From Burkholderiaceae bacterium (lineage in GTDB: Bacteria; Pseudomonadota; Gammaproteobacteria; Burkholderiales; Burkholderiaceae): a DNA stretch of 32,000 nt. The DNA lies in the NCBI GenBank assembly GCA_965234555.1, contig OZ248347.1, positions 216,764 to 248,763 of the forward strand, written 5' to 3'. Below the pieces are notes generated by a model. The model was not told where the DNA came from and made no database searches. It worked only from the letters and a program-made list of their open reading frames with translations. The position numbers were made by a program, and so were the translations under genes. This document shows, in pieces, positions 23,303 to 30,649 of the stretch; position 1 is the stretch's first letter, and the number at the start of each line of letters is the position of its first letter.

Positions 23303-23488
23303 TGATTGGAAATTACCAGTTCAAGTGTAACGCCTCCTCTTTTGGACCACCGGTGGTTGAAAATAGTGGAATTAACCCTGAACCCAATCACTCTTTGCTT
23401 ATTACCCTCGTGGCCAATCAACAACGGGTTTAAACACTAGCCGTAGTAGGTCAATTTTGATTGACAGCCTATAGGTAGTTTTGATTGG
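23303..23488. repeat. Array of TGATTGG / CCAATCA heptamers in the gabD upstream region
   Basis: Exact or near-exact copies at 23303-23309 (TGATTGG), 23384-23390 (CCAATCA), 23414-23420 (CCAATCA), 23458-23464 (TGATTGA) and 23482-23488 (TGATTGG). The last two are embedded in a longer direct repeat: TTTTGATTGACA at 23455-23466 and TTTTGATTGGACA at 23479-23491. Confidence 0.6.
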
Positions 23489-23673
23489 ACATTCGTTGTT
23501 TCAAATAATGAAAAAAATCATTGAAAAATCGATTTTTTCATGATGAGGAATAAGTATGGACTAACTTTTTTAAGTAACTGATTTAATTCAATATTAAATT
23601 GTTAGCACTGCATCATATTAGGGTAATAACGGATTACTGCATATAAAAGTAATTAAACCAAAATTCTTTATGC

Positions 23674-23702
23674 TTGACAGGTTATATAGAGCTTCCTAAC
23701 AT
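23674..23702 (+). promoter_or_regulatory. Candidate sigma70 promoter for the lytic transglycosylase gene
   Basis: TTGACA (23674-23679), a 17-bp spacer, then TAACAT (23697-23702), about 80 nt upstream of ATG 23785. Confidence 0.35.
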
Positions 23703-23784
23703 GCCACATGTTTAACAAATGTTGCGCTGCAATATAAATGAGTGCCTTCGTTTAGTACCCATTGAATAGACCAGCGCGACCCCA

Positions 23785-24618
23785 ATGATGAGTCAATACT
23801 TACTCGATAAATTTCAGGCTCTTGATCTGCGCAAGCATGCGCTTTTTGCATTGCTGGCTAAGTCAGGTCAAGCCATGCTTGCTGTTTTTGTAGCAGCTAT
23901 TTTGGCAATTTGGTTGATTGGACCAAAGACTGGCGCAGGAGTATTTGATCTTGCACACTATCTGGTTCCAGCGGAAGCGCGGGCTTTAATTTTAGGTACC
24001 GATAGCGCCGAAATATTAACTGCCGATGAATCGGCAAATCAATTGAAATTGTTGGGCTCTGGAGCTAGAGATGTTCCATCGATTGCCAATCAAGCTTCGT
24101 TGATCCCATCGCACTTGATTGACCACTCTGCAATTGATCGCAGTATTTTGCGCACTGAAGCTGAGCGTAAGGCGGTTACTAATCATTTGGCAAAGAAGTT
24201 CCAGTTATCACCCGACGATATTGCTCATTATGTTGCGCAGGCGATTACAGTTGGTAAAGAGGTTAACTTAGATCCCACGCTCATTTTGGCCGTAATGGCG
24301 ACCGAGTCGAGTTTTAATCCGCGTGCCGAGAGTCGTGCTGGCGCACAAGGTTTAATGCAAGTTCGCACTCATGTCCATCAAGAAAAATTTGAGCCTTATG
24401 GTGGGCCCTTGGCAGCATTTATTCCTGAGGCCAATATTCGGGTCGGTGCTTTGATACTCAAAGCGTGTATTGCGAAGGCTGGATCCTTAGAGGCGGGCTT
24501 GAAGAACTATTTAGGAGCGCCAAATGCTGCTAGCGGTCTTAATACCTACACTGACAAAGTTTTTTCCGAGAGAGAAGAGCTGCGCAGCATCGTACGCCGA
24601 CTAAGCAGTAGCGTCTAA
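23785..24618 (+). CDS. Membrane-anchored lytic transglycosylase (SLT domain)
   Basis: N-terminal TM helix (AMLAVFVAAILAIWLIG) and a C-terminal SLT catalytic block LILAVMATESSFNPRAESRAGAQGLMQV. Confidence 0.8.
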   Translation: MMSQYLLDKFQALDLRKHALFALLAKSGQAMLAVFVAAILAIWLIGPKTGAGVFDLAHYLVPAEARALILGTDSAEILTADESANQLKLLGSGARDVPSIANQASLIPSHLIDHSAIDRSILRTEAERKAVTNHLAKKFQLSPDDIAHYVAQAITVGKEVNLDPTLILAVMATESSFNPRAESRAGAQGLMQVRTHVHQEKFEPYGGPLAAFIPEANIRVGALILKACIAKAGSLEAGLKNYLGAPNAASGLNTYTDKVFSEREELRSIVRRLSSSV

Positions 24619-24627
24619 GGCCCAAGG

Positions 24628-24645
24628 TTAATGCCTAGGCATTAA
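24628..24645. other. Perfect 18-bp palindrome between convergent genes (possible bidirectional hairpin)
   Basis: TTAATGCCTAGGCATTAA is its own reverse complement. It lies 10 nt after the transglycosylase stop and contains the nusB stop codon (24635-24637). No flanking T-tract is present. Confidence 0.3.
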
Positions 24646-25111
24646 CTTCAGCTTGCCGCAATTTCTGGGCAAGTTGGTCAAGTATCCCATTCACGTATTT
24701 ATGACCATCTGTGCCACCATAGGTTTTCGCTAACTCGACCGCTTCGTTGATAGCAACTTTATAGGGTACTGATAGATCAGCAGCTAATTCGTAAGCGCCA
24801 ATCAAAATAGCGGCATGCTCAACGGGGGAGAGTTCAGCAATAGGCCGATCCAGTTCTGGGGTAATTAGTGCATCCAGCTCTTGGTTACGATGCATGACTC
24901 CCTCAAAGATCCCCTTAAACAAATCAAGCTGACATTTTTTAAAGGCAGGATCTTCGCTCAGTTGTTTGGTGACAGCACTCAAGGCAAGAGGAAGCTCTGA
25001 GAGTTCGCCCGCTGTTTTGAGAACTAGACATTGATAGATCCCCTGGAGAGCATATTCTCTAGCCCGGCGTCGCGGAGTTAAGGAGCGTTTATGTGCCACG
25101 GTATTTGTCAT
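24635..25111 (-). CDS. nusB: Transcription antitermination factor NusB
   Basis: 158 aa with RRRAREYALQGIYQ at the N-terminus and the conserved ribH-nusB order. Confidence 0.95.
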   Translation of the reverse strand: MTNTVAHKRSLTPRRRAREYALQGIYQCLVLKTAGELSELPLALSAVTKQLSEDPAFKKCQLDLFKGIFEGVMHRNQELDALITPELDRPIAELSPVEHAAILIGAYELAADLSVPYKVAINEAVELAKTYGGTDGHKYVNGILDQLAQKLRQAEVNA

Positions 25112-25128
25112 CGTGTTCGTAATCGATC

Positions 25129-25614
25129 TTATTCAGACTGAATATCAATATCGGGGGTAAGGGCCAGAGCAAGATTTGCCATCTCAACCGCAGCGCGCGC
25201 ACAGTCGCGCCCCTTTTCTTGGGTCCGGGCAGCAGCTTGATCATCGGTATCGCAGGTCAGAATGCCATTAGCAATTGGTATTTCTGCATCCAGAGAGATT
25301 CGAGTAATGCCGCTGGCGGATTCGTTAGACACTAGTTCAAAGTGATAGGTTTCACCACGAATAACAGCACCTAAGGCAATGAGGGCATCAAACTCTTCTG
25401 TTTTTGCAAGTTGCGCTAGAGCAAAGGGAATTTCAAGGGCCCCAGGTACGGTCACTAGCTGTATATCATTATGCGCAACACCTAGAGTGAGTAATTCACC
25501 AATGCAGGCTTCTGATAAGGCTCTACAGTGCTCTTCATTAAAGCGAGCTTGCACAATGGCAATCCGAAGGTCTTGCCCATTCAAATCTGCCTCGAAAACA
25601 TCAATCTCATTCAT
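25129..25614 (-). CDS. ribH: 6,7-dimethyl-8-ribityllumazine synthase
   Basis: 161 aa with VPGALEIP and [12 protein letters not shown] motifs. Confidence 0.95.
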   Translation of the reverse strand: MNEIDVFEADLNGQDLRIAIVQARFNEEHCRALSEACIGELLTLGVAHNDIQLVTVPGALEIPFALAQLAKTEEFDALIALGAVIRGETYHFELVSNESASGITRISLDAEIPIANGILTCDTDDQAAARTQEKGRDCARAAVEMANLALALTPDIDIQSE

Positions 25615-25624
25615 AGATGGCTCC

Positions 25625-26803
25625 TTATGAGTGGTTGGCAGAGTAGGGAATGTTCCCTGTGATTTCCAGTTTATAGCCAGAAAGGCTTGGCACTCGAGCT
25701 GAATTCGCTAGAAGCCTCATCTTTTGAACATTTAAATCTTTTAAGATTTGTGCTCCGATACCATAGCTGCGAAAATCTGTTTTACGTTCAATGCTCGATT
25801 TAGGCTGAGTCGATACACCCCCAGCGAGAGAATGCGCGGTTTGTTGACAGAGTTGCTCAAATTGATTTAACCATTTCAGCTCGCTAGGAGCTGCTACACC
25901 AGCCGCATTAAGGAGTACAGCAACTCCACAATGAGACTCCGCAATAGTCTCGAGGGCTTTGCTGAGTGGCCAGGAATGCGTTGAGCCCTCCGTTTCGAAA
26001 AGATCCAAGATGGTTACAGGCTCATGAACTCGGACTACCGTTTCTTCATGCTGGTTTGGTTGACCTTTGATCAGCGCCAGATGCAGGCAGTTGCTTGGAG
26101 TATCGCGATAGACCACCCCCTTAAATTTGCCCCAGGGGCTCATAAATTCGCGCTCCGCCTCACGAATCACGATACTTTCTGTTTGACTGCGATACTGAAT
26201 CAGATCAGAGATGGTACCAATTTTGAGATGATGGGTCTTAGCAAACTCAATCAAATCGGGCAGACGGGCCATGCTGCCATCGTCTTTCATGATTTCGCAA
26301 ATGACGGACGTTGGAGAACAACCGGCTAGAGTCGCTAAATCACAACCAGCCTCGGTATGACCAGAGCGGATTAAAACGCCACCTGGTTGCGCCATCAATG
26401 GAAATACATGGCCTGGCTGGACTAGATCATTTGGTTTAGCATTGACTGCCACCGCTGCTTGAATAGTGCGGGCCCGATCTGCCGCAGAGATACCAGTTGT
26501 TACCCCAGATGCCGCCTCAATGGAAACCGTGAAATTTGTGCCAAGTGCGGTACCGTTCTCGCGAACCATTAAGGGCAGGTTGAGCTGTTGACAGCGCTCT
26601 TTGGTCAGGGTGAGGCAAATTAAGCCGCGGCCATGCTTTGCCATGAAATTAATTGCCTCAGCGCTGACGTGATCAGCCGCCAAGACCAAATCGCCCTCAT
26701 TTTCCCGATCCTCTTCATCTACCAAGATGATCATCTTGCCAGCACGAAGCTCGGCAACGATCTCTTGAACAGGACTGATAGCGATGGATGGAGGGTTTGA
26801 CAT
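25625..26803 (-). CDS. ribBA: 3,4-dihydroxy-2-butanone-4-phosphate synthase fused to a GTP cyclohydrolase II-like C-terminal domain
   Basis: The N-terminal DHBP synthase motifs are intact ([24 protein letters not shown]). The C-terminal domain aligns with RibA but lacks the zinc cysteines (see findings). Confidence 0.9.
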   Translation of the reverse strand: MSNPPSIAISPVQEIVAELRAGKMIILVDEEDRENEGDLVLAADHVSAEAINFMAKHGRGLICLTLTKERCQQLNLPLMVRENGTALGTNFTVSIEAASGVTTGISAADRARTIQAAVAVNAKPNDLVQPGHVFPLMAQPGGVLIRSGHTEAGCDLATLAGCSPTSVICEIMKDDGSMARLPDLIEFAKTHHLKIGTISDLIQYRSQTESIVIREAEREFMSPWGKFKGVVYRDTPSNCLHLALIKGQPNQHEETVVRVHEPVTILDLFETEGSTHSWPLSKALETIAESHCGVAVLLNAAGVAAPSELKWLNQFEQLCQQTAHSLAGGVSTQPKSSIERKTDFRSYGIGAQILKDLNVQKMRLLANSARVPSLSGYKLEITGNIPYSANHS

Positions 26804-26963
26804 ATCTGCTTGGATTCTTGATAGATCGCTATTTTAAGCCCTTAGGCTGCTTTGTAGGGTAATACAGCAGAAGTTTCCGTAAAGTCTGCATAGAGGCGTT
26901 CACAACAATAACCAGATGAATGGCAATATCCACTTCCCTCAAGTCAGATAAATCACCGCCGTA

Positions 26964-27188
26964 ATGATGAAAATGTCCAGGACTCAGAATGCGAAAGGCT
27001 TTGTACTTTTTGAGCTATTAATTGCCATGACTATATTGGCAGGAAGTGTCACGACCTTGCATAACATTTATGCAAATTTAGTAGCCAAGCAAATAAAGCT
27101 ACAAAAAGCACACGCTCGTTTACTCGAATTTGCAAATCAATCTGAGATTCAGATTGCGCAGGAAAAGCTGAAGAAAGCATCGAAATGA
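26964..27188 (+). CDS. Short prepilin-type protein (PilV-like N-terminal helix only)
   Basis: Class III signal: basic leader MMKMSRTQNAKG, then FVLFELLIAMTILAG, with Gly-1, Phe+1 and Glu+5. The protein totals only 74 aa, and the remainder is predicted helical and charged. Confidence 0.6.
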   Translation: MMKMSRTQNAKGFVLFELLIAMTILAGSVTTLHNIYANLVAKQIKLQKAHARLLEFANQSEIQIAQEKLKKASK

Positions 27189-27817
27189 CTCTCTTGTCCT
27201 GTATCACTGCACTTACTCTTGGCGTGGTGATGATCTATCCACCACTAAAATTACTCAGTGACATCATACTGAAACAAGAGGAGATTGAACAGGACATTCT
27301 CTTGCAGCAGAATATCAATCGAACTATGGAACTACTCACAAGATCTATCCGTGAGGCAGGCTATCGTACAAGCCTGAATTCTAAGAATGAGAATGATATT
27401 CAGATCAAGCAGGGTGGTTTATTTCGGGGATCCGCTGCAATCGAGTTGATACAAGAGTTGCCTAAGTCTTTAGCATACGACTGTATGGGCAATCTTCTTT
27501 CCCAGGAGCGTACCCGTGGGCAAAAAACGTATCAACACTTTTACCTTGAGCGCAGTCGTAATGATCCACGTAGCGCCATTCTGATTTGCCAGAGCCTCGA
27601 TCGCCAAGGTCGTTTGCACCAAGCAGAGCTTCTCAATCAGGTGCAGCACCTTCATATTAATTGGGTCAATCCTTATGCAATCGATACCAATGTACTCAAT
27701 CCTAAAGCCCCTACTGGATTAATTAAGATTAGCCTTGCAGTGCAGCGCAAATCCCAGGCCGCTAGGTCAAATACCCTGATTGAGCAGGTCCGCTGGGTTG
27801 CTCCTAGACATATTTAG
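27185..27817 (+). CDS. PilW-like minor pilin lacking a prepilin leader
   Basis: After the hydrophobic N-terminus comes the PilW-type block QQNINRTMELLTRSIREAGY. Later Cys-containing blocks (YDCMGN, ILCQS) and LNQVQHLHINWV resemble the PilW family. The start overlaps the upstream stop (ATGA). Confidence 0.6.
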   Translation: MTLLSCITALTLGVVMIYPPLKLLSDIILKQEEIEQDILLQQNINRTMELLTRSIREAGYRTSLNSKNENDIQIKQGGLFRGSAAIELIQELPKSLAYDCMGNLLSQERTRGQKTYQHFYLERSRNDPRSAILICQSLDRQGRLHQAELLNQVQHLHINWVNPYAIDTNVLNPKAPTGLIKISLAVQRKSQAARSNTLIEQVRWVAPRHI

Positions 27818-27826
27818 GCTTTAGCA

Positions 27827-28261
27827 ATGATTGTGCTGTGGGTGATGAGCATTTTGGTGTGTCTCACATGGGCCATTGTTCAGCTTGAGCATTATTTAAC
27901 ACTGGACATAAAAAGCACTGCCATCCAACAGACCTATTTGGAGAGTTTTCAGAAGGCTGAGCATACTTTGCTGGCATGTGAGCAAAGTCTGCTCGATTCT
28001 CACCCATTCGATTTGACTCAATCAAAAACTCTGCAGCACTCGATAACATCTAAACCAAAGCAGCAGAGCCCAATTCAGAAATGTGAAATCGAGACCATTG
28101 GCCCAGTTGCGCCAAGAGGCGGCTCAAAAAAAGAAACTCTGCAGCAAAAGTATCTGTATCACATTAGGGCAGGAGATCATATTCGTATTGCTAGCACGGT
28201 GATTGTGGATCATCGTAACGGGACTATGACGCGACTCAATTGGCAACAACTCCATGACTAG
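27827..28261 (+). CDS. PilX-like minor pilin (N-terminal PilX-type helix)
   Basis: A hydrophobic N-terminus MIVLWVMSILVCLTWAIV is followed by an ...A..QQTYLESFQKAEHTLLACEQ pattern like the PilX N-terminal domain, and YLYHIRAG resembles the YYRITARG block. This is a weak, pattern-level call. Confidence 0.45.
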   Translation: MIVLWVMSILVCLTWAIVQLEHYLTLDIKSTAIQQTYLESFQKAEHTLLACEQSLLDSHPFDLTQSKTLQHSITSKPKQQSPIQKCEIETIGPVAPRGGSKKETLQQKYLYHIRAGDHIRIASTVIVDHRNGTMTRLNWQQLHD

Positions 28262-28841
28262 TGTGAGCCGAAACAAAGTGTCTTATCGGTTTAGATCTAA
28301 GCAATGCGGCTTTACTCTCATGGAGCTATTAGCAGTAATTGCCTTATTAGGTGTGATGCTCATGATGAGTTTGCCCCTGATGCAATCCCAATACTATGGG
28401 CGTGAGCTAGAGCATGCTGGCAGACAGTTTATTCGGCATGCTCAATTTGCGCGGCAATACGCACTCTATAGCGGGGTACATGTGGCAATACGATCCCTTG
28501 GGGAGGCGAGGGATGCCTGGGATCTGGGTTGGCAAATTAAGACCTTAGCCTCCACCCCAGCCAATCAAATGGAAAATACCGTATTAGCCCGGTATGAGTT
28601 ACCCGCTGAGATACAGATTGATGCCCATCGTTTTCGGGATCCGCATACTAATGCAATGCAGATTATTTTTAATCCAGCTGGCGCAGCCAAAACAAAGCAT
28701 GGGGGTTTTGTGGCTAATCGTTTAATTCTCTCCCATACAAAAGCTCGTAATGTACAGCGCCATATTATTTTGGCAGCCAGTGGGCGCTGGCGTATTTGTG
28801 ATCCAAATGCCTCATCCCCAGATAAAGCCTCTTCATGTTAA
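28254..28841 (+). CDS. GspH/FimT-family pseudopilin
   Basis: Canonical prepilin motif KQCG|FTLMELLAVIALLGV (Gly-1, Phe+1, Glu+5), then a GspH-type helix RQFIRHAQFARQYALYSGVHVAI. It overlaps the upstream gene by 8 nt. Confidence 0.75.
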   Translation: MTSVSRNKVSYRFRSKQCGFTLMELLAVIALLGVMLMMSLPLMQSQYYGRELEHAGRQFIRHAQFARQYALYSGVHVAIRSLGEARDAWDLGWQIKTLASTPANQMENTVLARYELPAEIQIDAHRFRDPHTNAMQIIFNPAGAAKTKHGGFVANRLILSHTKARNVQRHIILAASGRWRICDPNASSPDKASSC

Positions 28842-28878
28842 GCGTAAAGAAGTTCACTAAATCGGGTTTAATAGAGGG

Positions 28879-30009
28879 ATGACCGAATTTACCTCCTTTG
28901 ATTACCGCATGATGTCCCTTGCTCTCGAAGAGGCAAGTAAGGCTTTGTACTTATCTAATCCCAATCCGCGCGTAGGTTGTGTCATTAGCAAGGGAGAGAA
29001 AATCTTAGGGCAAGGCTTTACACAACGCGTTGGTGGTCATCATGCTGAAATCGAGGCAATTGCTAACGCGCGACGCTTAGGCGCCAGTGACTCTGATTTG
29101 CAGGGGAGCACGGTCTATGTGAGCCTAGAGCCATGCTCGCACACAGGTAGGACGCCACCCTGCTGTGATGCACTCGAGGCGATTAGGCCGGCCAGAGTGA
29201 TGATCGCCATGCAAGATCCGAATCCAAAGGTTGCGGGGCAAGGGATTGCACGACTACAAAAATTGGGCATCCACGTCGAAGTCGGTTTATTGGCCAAAGA
29301 GTCCGCTGCGCTCAATCCTGGTTTCATAAAACGCATGACCCAAGGATTGCCCTTTGTGCGCATGAAGATAGCAGCCAGTTTTGATGGTAGGACTGCATTA
29401 GTAAATGGCCAAAGTCAATGGATTACAGGCCCTGCAGCACGGGCTGATGGCCATCACTGGAGGGCCCAGGCGTGCGCTATTTTGTCCGGAGGTGGAACTA
29501 TCCGAGAGGATGATCCGCAGCTAACAGTGCGTGATGTTGTTACCGAGCGCCAACCACTGCGTGTGATCGTTGATTCTCATTTGGAGACTCCACTCAATGC
29601 AAGGGTACTAAAAGATCCTAATGTATTGCTGGTGTGTGCTAAACCGGAGCCCAAGCATTTGCATGCGATGCAGGGCGCTCTGCAAGAGAGAGGAATTCAG
29701 ATACTGGAGCTTCCAAACCCGAAAGGTAAAGTAGATTTACCAAAATTATTTTCGTATTTGGCTAATGAGCGGGAGATTAACGAAGTTCATGTCGAGGCTG
29801 GTTTTAAATTAAACGGCTCACTTATTCGCGAGCATTGCGTTGATGAGTTATTAATTTATCAAGCCCCCTGTTTTTTGGGGGAGGGCTTGGGCATGGCTAA
29901 TATTAGTCTTGATCAATTGGCCGATCGTCAAGATTGGACCATCATCGATCACACGCTTATTGGTAAGGATCTACGTATTCGGGCAATACTCAAGCCATCC
30001 AACGAATAA
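28879..30009 (+). CDS. ribD: Bifunctional diaminohydroxyphosphoribosylaminopyrimidine deaminase / 5-amino-6-(5-phosphoribosylamino)uracil reductase
   Basis: Deaminase zinc motifs HAEIEAI and EPCSHTGRTPPC, with a C-terminal reductase domain. 376 aa. Confidence 0.95.
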   Translation: MTEFTSFDYRMMSLALEEASKALYLSNPNPRVGCVISKGEKILGQGFTQRVGGHHAEIEAIANARRLGASDSDLQGSTVYVSLEPCSHTGRTPPCCDALEAIRPARVMIAMQDPNPKVAGQGIARLQKLGIHVEVGLLAKESAALNPGFIKRMTQGLPFVRMKIAASFDGRTALVNGQSQWITGPAARADGHHWRAQACAILSGGGTIREDDPQLTVRDVVTERQPLRVIVDSHLETPLNARVLKDPNVLLVCAKPEPKHLHAMQGALQERGIQILELPNPKGKVDLPKLFSYLANEREINEVHVEAGFKLNGSLIREHCVDELLIYQAPCFLGEGLGMANISLDQLADRQDWTIIDHTLIGKDLRIRAILKPSNE

Positions 30010-30027
30010 CACTGCTATAGTTTCTTC

Positions 30028-30642
30028 ATGTTTACTGGAATCATTACAGCGATTGGTGAGATTACCCAAGTTGTGCCCAAAGGGGATGGTTTTCATTTGC
30101 TGGTCTCAACCCCTGCTAACTATCTGGATGATGTTGTGATCGGCGATAGCATTGCCATTCAAGGCGCCTGTATGACCGTCACTGCATTTGATCAGAATCA
30201 ATTTGAGTGTGATGTTTCTAAAGAATCAATTAGTAAAACAGTGGGTCTTGATAGACCCTCGAAGGTCAATTTAGAAAAGGCCCTACGCTTTAATGATCGC
30301 CTCGGAGGCCATTTGGTGAGTGGCCATGTCGATGGAGTTGGCAAAGTCTCTGAATTTAAACCAGTCGATCATGATCCCTATGGCTCTTGGAAGCTCGTCA
30401 TTTCTGCCCCTCAATCTCTTGCCCCTTATCTAGCCTATAAAGGCTCTGTGGTGGTCAACGGCGTTTCTTTAACTGTCAATCAGGCTGGATCTAAACATCT
30501 ACAGGAGTGCCCCATCGAGATCAATATCATCCCCCATACGCTTGCACAAACTACTTTAGGACAACTAAAAGAAGGCGATCCTGTGAACTTAGAGATTGAT
30601 CTCATTGCGCGCTATGTAGCGCGAATGTTAGGCACAGACTAA
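30028..30642 (+). CDS. ribE: Riboflavin synthase (alpha chain)
   Basis: It starts MFTGII, and has internally duplicated lumazine-binding repeats (GDSIAIQGACMTV / GSVVVNGVSLTV). 204 aa. Confidence 0.95.
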   Translation: MFTGIITAIGEITQVVPKGDGFHLLVSTPANYLDDVVIGDSIAIQGACMTVTAFDQNQFECDVSKESISKTVGLDRPSKVNLEKALRFNDRLGGHLVSGHVDGVGKVSEFKPVDHDPYGSWKLVISAPQSLAPYLAYKGSVVVNGVSLTVNQAGSKHLQECPIEINIIPHTLAQTTLGQLKEGDPVNLEIDLIARYVARMLGTD

Positions 30643-30649
30643 GAATAGA

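Noticed and set aside
23242-23433. 63-aa ORF spanning the gabD start and part of the AT-rich spacer
   Set aside because: It overlaps the gabD start codon on the opposite strand, has no RBS and has no recognisable motif. It is most likely chance.
23508-23541. Mini-ORFs on both strands of the ATCGAT-centred near-palindrome (MKKIIEKSIFS on plus, MKKSIFQ on minus)
   Set aside because: They are a by-product of the palindrome itself (ATGAAAAA...TTTTTCAT), and neither has a Shine-Dalgarno. The region is reported as DNA/RNA structure rather than coding.
26804-26963. Possible FMN (RFN) riboswitch in the 160-nt leader upstream of ribBA (minus strand)
   Set aside because: I read the reverse complement and found none of the conserved RFN blocks (AGGGTGAAATTCCC-type, CCGGCGGTA-type or GACAGT..AGTCTGGATG-type segments). 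Only a short GGCGGTGA and a 5-bp hairpin are present. A covariance-model scan (Rfam RF00050) would be the decisive check.
26964-27188. The 62-aa mature pilin as a Geobacter-type conductive e-pilin linked to flavin biosynthesis next door
   Set aside because: Apart from its similar length, the protein has few aromatic residues (F1, F4, Y24, F44). It occupies a minor-pilin position in a PilV/W/X/FimT-type cassette. The adjacency to rib genes alone is not evidence.
26964-28841. Pilin cassette as a mobile genomic island
   Set aside because: There is no integrase, transposase, flanking direct repeat or tRNA attachment site within the window, and the spacing to neighbours is tight. Nothing supports recent mobility, although a rearrangement junction remains possible.
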